The position numbers and the translations under genes were made by a program. From Octopus vulgaris (lineage: Eukaryota), in contig OX597817.1 in NCBI GenBank assembly GCA_951406725.2, positions 147,064,001 to 147,128,000 on the forward strand: a DNA stretch of 64,000 bases. Reading direction: 5' to 3'. The notes below the pieces were generated by a model. That model searched no databases and was not told the DNA's origin. It saw only the letters and a program-made list of their open reading frames with translations. Shown here in pieces: positions 24,743 to 39,524 of this stretch; within the stretch, counting starts at the first letter, position 1, and every line of letters starts with the position of its first letter.

Positions 24743-24786
<44 letters not shown>

Positions 24787-25149
24787 AATACATATATATA
24801 TATATATATATATATGCTTACATATATCTATATATACGTGTACGTCTATTTATATTATATTCATACATATATATATATATATATATATATGTAAATATAT
24901 GTGTGTGCATGAGAGAAAGAGAGAGAGTGGGAGAGAGAGAAATAGAGAGAGAGAGATGGGGTAAGAATCAAAATGAAAAACAAACACAAAAAAAGCAAGA
25001 CAGAATACGATCGCAATCTAAATTATTCGGTTGATGCTTAATGTTTCGGGCATTGTTCTTCTTGGAGGATGGCGAGTGGAATGAGAGGAAGAAAAGGCGA
25101 GGAATAAATAACACTAACAGGAAATGTTGAAGTGAAGTAGGCCATGCGT

Positions 25150-25560
25150 TTCCAGTTACTCCTTAATGCTTGATCTTCGGCAGCCACTAACAAACTTTCT
25201 GTCCCTCCTTTCAGCTTTCTTTGCTGCAACCATGTCTCATTGCTATTTCTTGCAACTATCTTTTGGAATCTACCATGCAAAGCCTTCTTTTGCCTGTCAG
25301 AAAACTTTTGTCAAATAACTTTTGTTAACAACCAAAGGGAACCAAATTCCTGCTGCACGGTTGTTGAGAGAGGGCCGTCTGATGCCCTGATCCGTTGCAC
25401 AGAAATGTATGAGATCATAAATTATCTTGGTGAATACGGATCATTTTCAGATTTTTTCGTTCTGTTCTTCCCAATTATTTCTCTTCAGTTTTTCAAGGTT
25501 TTCAGTCCACCACAAGCCTTCGCTGTATAGCCACGAATATTCAGGAGAAAGACGCCTTTA
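25150..25560 (-). mobile_element. Decayed fragment of REL-type non-LTR retrotransposon (region C-terminal to RT)
   Basis: Minus ORF LHGRF...TWLQQRKLKGGTESLLVAAEDQALRS matches the HG.F...W.WL....LK..TE..I.AAQDQAL motif of R4/NeSL-type elements. Confidence 0.7.
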
Positions 25561-25675
25561 TACGAGAAAACTCACCGTCATATTTTCTGCCGATCGCTAG
25601 CAAAAAGGAAATGGGACGCTAATCTATGAAATGAGGCAGGCATTCATAAATACATACCTGCCTGTATGTGTGTAT

Positions 25676-25716
<41 letters not shown>

Positions 25717-25835
25717 AGTGAAAGAGATGGAGAGAGAGAGATAGAGAAAGATAAAGGAGAGAGAGTGAGTGAGAGAGAGAACAGTTTTGTTTGAAATATT
25801 TTGAAGACGCGATCATGTTAGTGTTATACAATACC

Positions 25836-26450
25836 AAGTCGGTGAGCTTGCAGAAACGTTAGCACGCCGGGCGAAATGCTTAGCGATATTTCGTCTGCCG
25901 CCTCGTTCCGAGTCCAAACTCCGCCGAGGTCGACTTTGCCTTTCATCGTTTCGTGGTCGATAAATTAAGTACCAGTTACGCAGTGGGGTCGATGTAATCG
26001 ACTTAATCCGTTTGTCTGTCCTTGTTTGTCCCCTCTGTGTTTAGCCCCTTGTGGGTAGTAAAGAAATAGGTATTTCGTCTGTCGCTACGTTCTGAGTTCA
26101 AATTACACTGAGGTCGATTTTGTCTTTCATCCTTTCGGGGTCGATTAAATAAGTACCAGTTACGCACTGGGGTCGATATAATCGACTTTATTTGTTTGTC
26201 TTTCCCTGTTTGTCCCCTCTGTGTGTAGCCCCTTGTGGGTAGTAAACAAATAAGAAACGTTAACACGTCGGGCGAAATGCTTAGCGGCATTTCGTTTGTC
26301 TTTACGTTCTGAGTGCAAATTCCGCCGAGGTCGACTTTGCCTTTCATCCTTTCGGGGTCAATAAATTAAGTACCATTTACGAACTGGGGTCGAGCTAATC
26401 GACTGGCCCCATCCTCAAAAATTCCGGGCCTTGTGCCTGGAGTAGAAAAG
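25836..26450 (+). mobile_element. SINE family B, tandem of about three partial units
   Basis: GAGGTCGA.TTTG.CTTTCATC..TTCG.GGTC.AT.AA.TAAGTACCA core occurs three times (about 25926, 26110, 26327). Confidence 0.88.
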
Positions 26451-27125
26451 CGTTATACTATAACTTAATCAAGATTTTCCGTATTTCCTTGATAGTTCTT
26501 TATATTTAGATTGGGCATATACTTTTGTTGAACCTATTATCGAGTCAAATGTTTCTGAGACGCATCTTCAGAAGGAAGCCTGGATTATAATGATATGCAT
26601 TTTTACCATCACTTCAATGCAACACACACGCGTATATGCATATATGTGTGTGTGCATGTGTGTGTCTGTGTCTGTAAATATATGATATTGAAGAGATGTC
26701 AGAAAATAAATGTACATACGTACACGCTAACACACAAACGCAAACACACACACACACACACACACACATATTTGTTGAAAAACTGAAAGTTGTAATGTAA
26801 ACTTCAGGACTCCAGCTGTTACATTGGAAGACTGGTGCAAAACTCTCTCGTAGGATCACCATGCGTTACGCGTTATAACATGGCGCGATCGCAACGCTTA
26901 TCGTACGCCACGATATAATGAATGATGTTTTATATGTGTTGTGCGCGCGTGTTTGTGTCTGTGTATGTTTGTGTGTGTGTGTTTGGATGGTGAGTTGGCA
27001 TTTCTGCAATCCGAGAAAGAGAAATATTTTGGAGCCGACTTCATCGACTGTAGAATTCCCTACAAGAAAATCGTTTACATGCCATTACATTTAACCGTTA
27101 TTCAAACGCATACACGAAGACTTAC

Positions 27126-27220
<95 letters not shown>

Positions 27221-27464
27221 CACACACGCACACGCCGCTCACATAAAGGCATATATAAGCCTTAATCATTTGGCTGCATCGGAGAGTTATCGATGAATCT
27301 TTGTATCTGTGATGCTGTGATTCTGCAAGGAGCGGGGGTGGGGGCTTGAGGTGGGGAATAGAACCCTGTAATTTGAATGACAAGTTTATGCTTGAAATAT
27401 CAAAAATACCAGCAACGTGTAGGACAGAGGATCCATCATTAGGATTGGTCTTAGGAATGGTTTG

Positions 27465-28315
27465 GTGGAGGTGGTGACGACGATAGTGGTGAAGGTGGTG
27501 GTGGTGGGGAATGGTGGGTGGTGTTGGCGATGGTGGTAGTTGTACTAGTGGGGGTGTTGGTGCTGGTGATGGCAGTGGTGGTTGTGATGACGGCGGTGGC
27601 GGCGGTGTTGATGGTGGTGGTGGTGGTGGTTGTGCTGGTAATGGCAGCGGTGGTTGTGATGGCGGTGGTGGTGGTGGTGATGATGGTTCTAGCGATGATG
27701 ATGGTGGTGATGATGGTTCTAGTGATGGCAGTGGTGGTTGTGATGGCGGCGGTGTTGGTAATGTTGATGGCGGCGGTGGTGGCGTTGTTGATGGTGGCGG
27801 TGATTGTGGTGGTGGTGATGGTCGTAGTGATGGCAGTGGTGATTGTGATGGCGGTAGTGGTGATGATGATGCTGGTGATTGCAGTGGTGGTTGTGCTGGC
27901 GGCGGTGGTGGCGGTGTTGATGGTGGTGGTAATAGTGGTGGTGTTGTTGCTGGTGATGTCAGTGGTGGTTGTGATGGGGCGGGGGTGGCGGTGCTGATTT
28001 TAGTGGTGATGATGGTGGTGGTGTTGATAGTGGTAGTGATGGTAATGGTGCTGGCGAAGGTGGTGGTAGTACAGTGGTAATGGTGGATGTAGTAGTGGTA
28101 ATATTAGTACTAGTAGGGTGGCAGTGGTGTTGATTGCTTGTGGTAGTAGTAACAGTTTTAGTAATAATCATGATGGTGGTGGTTAAGGAAGGGATAGCGG
28201 TAGTAGGACAATGGTGATACAGTGGTAGTAGTCATATTTGTTGTTGTAGTAATAGCAATAGTACTAGTGGTGGTGGTGGTAGTACTAGTAGTAGTAGTAG
28301 TAGTAGCAGCAGTAA

Positions 28316-28366
<51 letters not shown>

Positions 28367-28395
28367 GTAGTAGTAGTAGTGGTGGTGGTAGTGAT
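27465..28395. repeat. Degenerate (GGT/GAT/GTA)n array
   Basis: Direct reading. Confidence 0.9.
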
Positions 28396-28495
28396 GAGAA
28401 TTTTGGGGTGGAATACTTCAGAAATGAAGAGATATTTCCTATTTGAATGATGGCCTCCGGAGACTATCAGAGAGCGAGCGGGAGAGAGAGAGAGA

Positions 28496-28532
<37 letters not shown>

Positions 28533-28754
28533 AGAGAGAGAGAGGGAGAGAAAGAAAGAGAGCGTGAGAGACAGAGAGTGAGTGAGTGAGAGAGAGGGAG
28601 AGAGGGAGCGACAGAGAAATAGAGAGACAGACAGAAAGACAGCATAGTAGATAGATAGATAGATATAGACAACGACAGTCAGTTTTTTATATATATATGT
28701 AAATACTTAGACTGACAGATATTGATAAAGACACATAATAGCAGAAAACCGATT

Positions 28755-28790
<36 letters not shown>

Positions 28791-28794
28791 TATA

Positions 28795-28888
<94 letters not shown>

Positions 28889-28923
28889 TATATATGGGAC
28901 AAGAACGTGTACGTACACTTTGG

Positions 28924-29000
<77 letters not shown>

Positions 29001-29432
29001 GCGCATACAGAGAGGGAGAGAGAGAGAGAGAAGAGAGAAGAGAGAGAGAGAGAAGGAGATAGACAGAAAGAAAGATAGGGCAAGTGAGATAGAGATAAAG
29101 AGAGAAAGAGAGAACTGTTTGACAAAACAAGAGAGAAAAAGGCAAACACACACACACACACGGAAAGAAGACGGTGAAAAAAATCGAATTTGCTTGAAAA
29201 ACAAATATATCAAGATGTCTGCACGCTCACAGAGCTAGTTTCGAGACACACAACCACGCGCACATCATACTACATAACCACAATTACACAGGTACATACA
29301 TACACGCACATACGCACATACATACAGGCACACGCATATACGTACACATACATACATACATACATACATACATACATACATACATACATACATGCATGCA
29401 TACATACACACACACACACATATATATATATA

Positions 29433-29500
<68 letters not shown>

Positions 29501-29741
29501 TTTATTTATATATATATATACACGTTTGTCTGTGTGCATATATCAATGCTCGCACATTCCTTCGGCATTAGATGTATGTCTACATTAAATTTCTTTATTT
29601 TTACACGTGATTTACACCGGCACGTGACTTGTCCCACATGGCGGCATGGCATGCGAGGAGCAGTTTTCTGTTTGTTACCTTCAATGTTTCGTTACTGACG
29701 CCTCCTTCTTCCTCACCACATCATCATCGTCATCGTCGTCG

Positions 29742-29806
<65 letters not shown>

Positions 29807-30501
29807 GTCGTCGTTGTCGTCATCGTTGTTGTTGTTGTTTTTGTTGCTGTTTTTTTTTCAAATACTGTTTAAATTTCTACATAAAATCGACAAAACTGAT
29901 CTCAGGTGACAGAGATGTCGTCGGTGGCGGATGCTGTTGGATGTGGTGGTCTTTGATGGAGTTTGTTATGTGTATGTGTGTGAGTGTGCGTGTGAAGGTG
30001 TAAATGTGTCCATGTGTGAGCGTGTGTGTGTGTGTGCGCGATGCGCATTTGTATTTGTGTAATTGCGAAAGAGTTCATACATGTGTGCATGTGTATAAAA
30101 TGAGTGATGCCTGTGTAATCGAATGAGATTCTGTGTGTGTGTGTGTGTGTGTGTATGTGTCTATTCCTAAGACCTGAGTATGCATGTTTGTTTATGTGTA
30201 AGTATGTATATGTGAGAGAAATATGTGCGTGTCTATGTGTGTGGGAGTGCTTATGTATGCATGTTCGTGCGTAAAACGAGTGATAACATGTATGTGTGTA
30301 CTCATTTGCATTCCTTCGCATTTCTTTCCGTGTGTGTATGCGTGTCAAGTAGTGCGCATGCGTGTCTGTAAGCCAGAATTTCTTGCGTATACATATACAC
30401 CAACACCTATATATATATATATATATATATACATGTGTGTGTATGTGTATATATATATGTATGTATATATATGTTTATGTATATATATATATATATGTAT
30501 G

Positions 30502-30551
<50 letters not shown>

Positions 30552-30569
30552 GGTCTGTCTATCTATTTT

Positions 30570-30732
<163 letters not shown>

Positions 30733-30734
30733 GA

Positions 30735-30770
<36 letters not shown>

Positions 30771-31366
30771 ATGTGTGTATATATGTATATATTTCTCCAT
30801 CTTTATGTACGTTTATGCGTAAAACAAATTGAAAATGTATGAGTATATATTTGTTCATGTCTGTGAGTAAGTGCGCGCGTGTATGTGTGTATGTGTGTAC
30901 GTATGTCCGTGCGCGTGTGTGCTCATGTGTGCGCAAGAGGAGGGACAAGGTTTGGTTTGGTGATGGCTATAAAGCACGTGTCACGCGGTCCTTGTGGCTT
31001 CCTATTCTTCGCGAAACACAGCTCTGACTGTCAGTGGCATTTCAGCGAACCGGAAGTTCAGTGACACGACAAACGCTTTGCATTTCTAAGCTATACGTCA
31101 TGCGAAACACTGAAGCCAAACATGGACATAGAGAAAACTTTTCTCGTCTTACTTGAAATCACCTCCACCCACTCCTCTCCTCTTCTGCCCCTCTCTTTCT
31201 CTCTCTGCACCCTCTCTGTCTATACCTTCTCTCCACACGCCTCTTTCTCGATGTCTTTGTTAGTTTCTTTCCTTCTGTCTTTCACTCATATTCGTTCATA
31301 CATACATTCATACATACATACATAGATACATACATACATACATACATACATACGTACATATACGCA

Positions 31367-31421
<55 letters not shown>

Positions 31422-31486
31422 CTAAACATACATATGTATGTCTATACATACATATGTTTATATATATATATATATCTGTATATATA

Positions 31487-31526
<40 letters not shown>

Positions 31527-31598
31527 TATATATATATGCATATATACATATATATATATATGTATATACATATATATATATATAGATATGTATATATG

Positions 31599-31642
<44 letters not shown>

Positions 31643-32245
31643 TATGTACACATACACATATACATACATAAATACATACATATATACATATATATATGCA
31701 TGCATATGTGTTTACATATATGCGTATTATTATATGTATATGTATATCTCTACATATATGTGTGTTTCTATATATTTACACACACACACACACACACACA
31801 TACAGCCGTATATAATGTTTATTCAAAATATTTAATTTTTTTCTCCAACTGCATACAATGGGGTAATATATTTTCCACAATAGCAATAAAATTATGGCAG
31901 CAAAACAAATAAGCATATAAATTCTCCCCAATGCAAACAAACTCAGGGAACAGGCGCGTGCGGTTATAAATATGCATGTAAATATCTGTATGCGTCGTGT
32001 GCGTATGTATGTGCGCCTGATATTTGTATGTGAGTGTATGTGTTTGTGTGTGTGTGCGGTTATCTAAATATGTGTGTGTATGCACTTGTAGATACTGGCA
32101 TACAGAAGAACTGAAATATAAGATGTCCACTTTCATATGGGCAACCGCGCACGCGCGCCCACACGTATTGAAGCACACATGCCCGCGTTTAAAAATGCAA
32201 TTTTAATTTCCGTGTATATATTTATGTATGTATTTGGGTATGTGC

Positions 32246-32293
<48 letters not shown>

Positions 32294-32358
32294 TTATGTA
32301 TATGTACATATGTATGTATATATGTATGCATGTATATATGTATGTGTATATGTATGTG

Positions 32359-32390
<32 letters not shown>

Positions 32391-32416
32391 CATATATACA
32401 TATATATATATATAGA

Positions 32417-32458
<42 letters not shown>

Positions 32459-32496
32459 AAAAAATATACATATCTATATATATATACGTATATATG

Positions 32497-32530
<34 letters not shown>

Positions 32531-32941
32531 TATATATGTATATTCTTATGGATATGTGTCTGTGTATATATGTGTGTATGCATATATATATATATATATA
32601 TATGCATATACATATAGCAATATGCATGGTATGTATATATATTTACACACAAACACACATACACACACACGTATATATGTACACACATATTATATTTGTA
32701 TAATTGTTTGTGTGTGTGTAAACACTCGCATAATGTATAATAGATAACTACCTGTATAATGGAGAAATAAATGTCCTGGCTCATTTTAATAACCATGGAT
32801 GCGATTCCCTACAAAACACACCTATTAAACAGTGCCTATTAAAACAGCATATTTATTGCTCCAGTATGGTTATGTAGTTCGCTTCGGAACCACAGTTTTT
32901 TGGTACACTAAAATAGTTCCGAAATCTATTATATATACATA

Positions 32942-33011
<70 letters not shown>

Positions 33012-33053
33012 AATAAAAAAATGAAAATGAAAAACATATATATATACATATAA

Positions 33054-33610
33054 GGTGCAGTCGTGGGTGTGTGGTAAGTAACTTGCTTACTAACCACATG
33101 GTTCCGGGTTCAGTCTGTCTCCTTGAAACCTTCGGCATGTGTCTTCTGCTGTAGTCTCGGGCCGCTCAAAGCCTTCTGAGTGGATTTGGTAGACGGAAAC
33201 TTAAAGAAGATATATAGGGTATGAAGCTGGCAGGAACGTTAGCGCGCCGGGCGAAATGCTTCGTGTATTTCGTCTGTCTTTACGTTCTGAGTTCAAGTTC
33301 CGCCGTGATCGACTTTGCCTTTCACCCTTTCGGGGTCGATAAATTAAGTACCAGTTACGAACTGGGGTCGATGTAATGCACTTAATCCCTTTTTCTGTTC
33401 TTGTTTTTCCCCTCTATGTTGAACCCATTGTGGGCAATAAAGAAATAGGAAACTTAAAGAAGACCGTCTTTTATATATATATAAAAGAGAATGGTAGAAT
33501 AAGTACTCGGCCTTAAAAGAAAGCCCTGGTGTCGATTTATTGACTAAAACCCTTCAAGACTCTACTCAAGCATGACCGCAGTGAAATGACTGAAACAAGT
33601 AATAAAATAA
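33054..33610 (+). mobile_element. SINE family A copy interrupted by a SINE family B copy (about 33222-33447)
   Basis: A head 33054-33210, B unit, then GGAAACTTAAAGAAGA repeated at 33448 followed by the A tail. Confidence 0.8.
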
Positions 33611-34335
33611 ATGAACCCCCCCACACACACATATATATACATATATAAAATTAAGGTAGGTTTACAATCCAAGCTATGCCATCTCAAAACATATTTTCTT
33701 ATTCAAGTTTCGTATGTGGATGTCATATCTAAGTGAAGTATGCAGAACTGAAAATTCTGGAAATATTAGCAGTGTAATTATTTACAAAAACAGGGGATTG
33801 GACTTTGTTTTTGTATTATTTATTCACAACTACACATGTTTCATTTGCTAATAGGAATTACTACGTTTTACAGGTATTAAACATGTAAGATACCTGCTAT
33901 TAGAACTTTCTTATGAGATTATTTGATTCTCTGTCAGTAGAATTTCCAATAGGAGATATCTTATATGCTTATATGTATATATATATGTATATCCAGCGTT
34001 CACTGTTTTACCTTCGCCCGGTCTAACGACCTTTCATGTTTGTCTTCGTTCGGTTTCCTTGTATGTCTCCGCTGTCCTGTTTTTGTTACCAACTTTGACC
34101 CTCCATAAATCCCAAATTTTATTTTGGTACTTATAAGAGCAACTGTCTTCAGAAACTCATATTGTCGTTCAATGCTCGAAATGAGGAGTAAATGGACTGC
34201 CGACAACTGATGAAGGGTCGTTCTTTATGTTACTTTTCCTGTTTTCCATTTGTTTCTCTCGTTATTTGCAAATTCAACTCATTTGTTTTCGTATTTCATG
34301 TTGTTTACGGTTAGTGACTTCCTGTACTCATATAT

Positions 34336-34415
<80 letters not shown>

Positions 34416-34851
34416 ACACACACATATATACAACAGCTTCATTCAGTTCCACATGACTTGAAGTTTTGTCGATATTCTTTGAAAAGATTGATGTGTCTTA
34501 CGCCTCCAAGAAACATTATATCATGTGGAGCTGAATAAAACTCCTATTGTTATTTGTAAATTCTACGAAATGTATCGAATCCTACTTTCTTTTGTTTATT
34601 TACTCATGTATATATGTGTTTAGTCTTTTTACTACTATTTACTATTTATTGATTTTTAGAATAAGTTTTTATAGTATATGTTTTCTATATGGTGTGAATA
34701 ACACCATTCATTACTGAATTGTTTAATAGAGGTTTTTCTCTAAATTACATACATATACTATATATTGTGAAATTTGATTTAAAATTGTTAAATTGAATTT
34801 TTCTCTGTAAGTTTTGGAATTATATTCCCTATTATATATATATATAATAGA

Positions 34852-34911
<60 letters not shown>

Positions 34912-35644
34912 TACATAAATGCCAATTCCGATTTAAACCGTAGGCTCTCGCGACGAATCCGGAATCCACTCAAGAGTTGGTTCCGGATTCGTCACAATCG
35001 ATGTATTATCTTATATTTTTGATATCTTACCTGAAGATGGTGGATTATATGGCATCATGTAATCTATGAATACATCAGTAAACTTCTACTGAAACAGTCG
35101 TAAACTGGAAACTCATTTGTGTTTTTTCTTTTTATACACGCGTCACACCTTTTGTTTATTTCTGTAAACCTGCCTTCGTCTTTTGTTTATTTTCATAAAG
35201 CTTCCCGTTATATATATATATATATATATATATATACGTGTGTGTGCATGTGTGTGTAAAATAACTAACTTAGGGTTCACAGTGCAATAACATTATGAAT
35301 CCTATGATGTAAACAGCAACGAAGGTATTAAGTGCTGGTAGTATACTATAGATATGTAAGTACCAAATCCGATCTAAAACGTAGATCCGACTCTGGATTT
35401 AGTTCCAGGTGTGGCCCGTGTATAAAAAGAAAAACACAAATGGGTTTCCAGCTTACAACTGTTTCAGTAGAAGTTTACTGATGTATTCATAGATTACATC
35501 ATGCCATATAATCCACCATCTTCAGGTAAGATATCAAAAATATAAGATAATACATCGATTGTGACGAATCCGGAACCCACTCTTGAGTGGATTCCGGATT
35601 CGTCGCGGGAGCCTACGGTTTAAATCGGAATTGGCACTTATGTA
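34912..35644. repeat. Inverted repeat, about 228-bp arms around a (TA)n-containing spacer
   Basis: 34912-35140 is the reverse complement of 35417-35644 with few mismatches; each arm contains CTGAAGA...GAAACAG. Confidence 0.93.
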
Positions 35645-35947
35645 TTTAGAGTATTCTATTAACACTTGATATCTTCGTTGCTGTTTGCCTCATTATGGGA
35701 TTTTCGGAAAAGTAGGAGAGTAGCTACATGACTTTTTGAAAGATAGAAGTCAGGCAGTAGTAGCCAACGGGTCCGCCACCAAGGGAACGCACATAGTGAG
35801 TGTTGTTTATGGTGACCCTCTCATATATGTCTTTAGCAACACAGAGAGCCACTCTCACAAGCTGAGAACGTACTTGCATACATGTGTAAATAACGTGTGA
35901 ACGTACTTTCCTATATGTCTGTAAACACGCACACACACAAACACACA

Positions 35948-36046
<99 letters not shown>

Positions 36047-36198
36047 CAATTGAAGTATATAGTATAATATATCCATTACGGCAGATCATACCGGTCAGTT
36101 TTGTATTAGGGGTTGGGTGATCCTCCCCTCTTCAGAGATGGCAGTCCCTCTTCAGAGATGGCAGTTATGGAATTTCCATATTTCATGCCATAACTGGC

Positions 36199-36281
36199 AT
36201 CTCTGAAGAGCACAGGGTTACATAACCGGACTGTTACCTGACGCTCCGTTGAAACCCTAGTGCGAAACCGATTGGTAAGAT
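36199..36281 (+). ncRNA. Type I hammerhead ribozyme motif
   Basis: ATCT-CTGAAGA-GCACAGGGTT...AACCCTAGTGC-GAAA-CCGATTGG-TA-AGAT; stem I ATCT/AGAT, long stem II, near-palindromic stem III, cleavage triplet GUA. Confidence 0.85.
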
Positions 36282-36382
36282 CGGCGGAAATTGATATATA
36301 ATACTACACGCTTCGATTAATATACCAACTCTACTGACAAATATACGAGTGCATCTTCTTTTAATTTCTGGAATCTCAGACG

Positions 36383-36461
<79 letters not shown>

Positions 36462-36476
36462 AGATATATATATATA

Positions 36477-37715
36477 TTAGGTCGTCAAGTATGAACTTTG
36501 TAGTAAGGTATATGGAAAACTTTGACAGCTGCTCATCTTGCGCCATTATTATATTTTGACAATCTTTATTTTTTGTTAGAAAGCTGACTCATCTATTTCT
36601 TTATTCTCACTCATTTTGCACTTTATAAAGTATTTATAAATCAGTTTTCTGCTATTTTCGTTTAGAGATAGATAAGTCGGAAATTCGTATAGTTTTGAAA
36701 ATACAGCATCACAGACAGCTCAGAATATTAATGGATTATTTAATTCTAATGTTATTACACAGGAGACAGTATCAAATTGGTTTTCAAAATTTCGTTCTGG
36801 TAACATTGACCTCACAAATAAGCAACGCGGTCAACCAGAAACAAAGGCGGATAATGACGAACTGAAAGCCACCGTCTAGTCAGATCCATTTCAAAGTGCA
36901 CGTGAATTGTCGTTGTTGTTTGCTGTCAGCAAGCAAACAGTATTGACTCACTTAGTTCAAATCGGTAAAATGAAAAAGTTGGATACGTGGGTTCCACATG
37001 AACTCAATGAAAATCAGAAACAGCAACGTTTGGAAGCCTGCATTTTGAATCGAATTGTAAAATGTGATGAGAAATGGATCCAATACAAGAACCGTAAACG
37101 TTCAGCACAATGGTTGGACAAAGATGAGCCAGAAAAACACAGTCTAAAAAGCAAAATTCATCAAAAGAAGATGATGGTGTGTGTTTGGTGGTCTGGCGTA
37201 GGTGTGATCCATTATTATTTAATTAAACCTAGCTCATCAATCACGGCCGAAGTATACTGCAGCCAACTGGACCAGATGATGCAGAAACTTATAAAAAAAT
37301 AATAAAAAACAGCCTAGATTAGTCAGTCGATCCACTCCTATTTTATTGCAAGACAACGCCAGATCACACATTGCAAAAATGACATTGATGAAACTACAGG
37401 AGTTGGAGTTGGATGTTCTCCATTATCCACCATACTCATCTGATCCTACCCCACTGACTACCACTTCTTCCAGAATTTGGATAACTTTTTGATAGGAAAA
37501 AATATAATTCCGACGGTGTTGTAAAACAGGCCTTCCAAGATTTCATTGACTCTAGATTCCCAGGTTTTTACAGTTCCGGGCTGGACAAGCTACCTTTGAA
37601 ATGGCAAAAGTGTATTGACAATATGGGCGCATAATTTGATGAATTAAACTATTCCTTGTATTTATAAAACATTAGCAAACTTTTTTCTTTTCTACAAATT
37701 TCATACTTGACAACC

Positions 37716-37718
<3 letters not shown>
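36477..37718 (+). mobile_element. Full-length decayed mariner DNA transposon
   Basis: TIRs TTAGGTCGTCAAGTATGAACTTTGTAG / CTACAAATTTCATACTTGACAACCTAA; motifs WVPHEL, CDEKW, QDNARSH, PPYS.D, DYHFF with stops and frameshifts. Confidence 0.93.
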
Positions 37719-37793
<75 letters not shown>

Positions 37794-37794
37794 T

Positions 37795-38113
37795 GATAGA
37801 TAATTTATGAAATGGAGTTAAACGCAGGTGTTATTCAAATCTTTATACTTCCGTCATATGTTTCGCAGTAAACATTGGTAGTATTCTTGAGGGAATAAAA
37901 TGATATAAAACAATGTAGCCATCTCACAAGGAAAAAAATGAGAGACAAAACACACCTATAAGACATTTTAACCGAATGTGAATACTACGTATATGATGAC
38001 GGGAACACTGGCAAGTTATTTAGGAATAATACCAATGTTCTCTTCGAAACATTTGTCGGAAGTATAAAGATTTGAATAACACCTGCATTATCTCTATTTC
38101 TTAATTTATCTAT
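37795..38113. repeat. Diverged inverted repeat (about 90-bp arms) with degenerate hammerhead
   Basis: GCAGGTGTTATTCAAATCTTTATACTTCCG vs CGGAAGTATAAAGATTTGAATAACACCTGC; ATGATGA...GAAACATTTGTC at about 37993-38057. Confidence 0.8.
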
Positions 38114-38299
38114 GATATATAAACCCTGGAATTTCTACCTTTATAAGTAGGCTGTAACATTCTTGACACTTATGAAAATTTTTGATACCTTGATAACTAT
38201 TTATTTAATTATTTTTTCCGTGTTATTTGAAAAAATACAAATACATTCATATATATGTTGATATATATGAATGTATTTGCAACACTCCTGTCACAACCT

Positions 38300-38343
38300 G
38301 GGACCTTGAAGACTGCTATAACGCATGAAAGTATACTAGTCCC
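38300..38343 (+). ncRNA. Hammerhead-like motif with variant core
   Basis: GGGAC-CTTGAAGA-CTGC..GCAT-GAAA-GTATAC-TA-GTCCC; stem I GGGAC/GTCCC, palindromic stem III AGTATACT; one extra base in the core. Confidence 0.6.
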
Positions 38344-38656
38344 CTAATATTTTATATTCAACATTTCATCTATTCAATAAGACAATCAATACTTCATTTC
38401 ATTTTACTATATATACTATTTATACTATATATTCTATATTCTACATTAATATTATAAAGAATATAAATAAAACATAAAAAACAGAGTTGGAATTTCTTTG
38501 AATAATATATATCCCTCTATACACAATCATACAAACTCTTATATATATATATATATAATAACAACAAAGGGTAACATTAATTAATTAAGAAGTAATCAGT
38601 AATTTCACCAAGTAGAATTCGGCATGAAAAAGACCATTTCATGGTAAGCTTAAGTA

Positions 38657-38980
38657 ATACTTTATAATTAGGGTTCAGCAAAGATTTGCTTCGCCACATA
38701 CCGAAGTTTAGAAATAGTAGTCAATAAATCTTAGCTATTCCTTCTACTTTAAAAGGGGCTCCCAGAAAAGCCGAAGTACTTGAAAACAATCTACGCAGGC
38801 AAAAGGGAAAAATAACGAAAATCAATCATATATATTGCCTGCGTGGATTGTTTTCAAGTACTTTGGTTTTTCTGGGAGCCCCTTTTAAAGTAGAAGGAAT
38901 AGCTAAGATTTTTTGACTGCTATTTCTAAACTTCGGTATGTGGCGAAGCAAATCTTTGCTGAACCCTAATTATAAAGTAT
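38657..38980. repeat. Long palindrome, 146-bp arms with 32-nt spacer
   Basis: 38657-38802 is the reverse complement of 38835-38980 with few mismatches; ends at (TA)n. Confidence 0.95.
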
Positions 38981-39493
38981 ATATATATATGATGTTTATA
39001 AAGTTGTATATGAAAATAATTAAAATGCAGGATTGCCCAATAATTTTCAGTAGAGAACCATTATTTAAAATTTAATTTTACAAGGAAAAGTTTGAAAGTG
39101 ATTGTGAAGTTTGGGTTACTGTCATCAGACCATTGTCTGTTTACATATTATTGCCTGAGTCCACTTATATAACGTACAAACATTTATCTTTCTCATTAAA
39201 TATAACCGTTTCGCCAGTTGTTTTAAAGTGAACACAAACTTTTGTCAATTTAGGAAAAAATTCTTTCTCCTTACCCGAACCATATAAACCTATTTCTTCC
39301 TACAAGTACCTTTCCCTATACAAAATAATTTACGTCACACCTAATTTGCATATATATCGCCCCACTCACCCGATGACATTCACAAAGGAAATAATATATA
39401 AGGCTTTGAAAGCCAAGTCAGACTGATGACAGAATGTAAGACTAAATTTGGAGTTTATTCTTAACCTTACTTTTTTACACACACACACACACA

Positions 39494-39524
<31 letters not shown>

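Noticed and set aside
27511-28080. Gly/Asp/Cys-rich 189-aa ORF
   Set aside because: Degenerate trinucleotide array with an overlapping poly-Val frame equally open; coding cannot be supported.
35028-35110. Hammerhead in the 228-bp inverted arms
   Set aside because: Core boxes and stem II present but stem I does not pair in register; not listed as a ribozyme.
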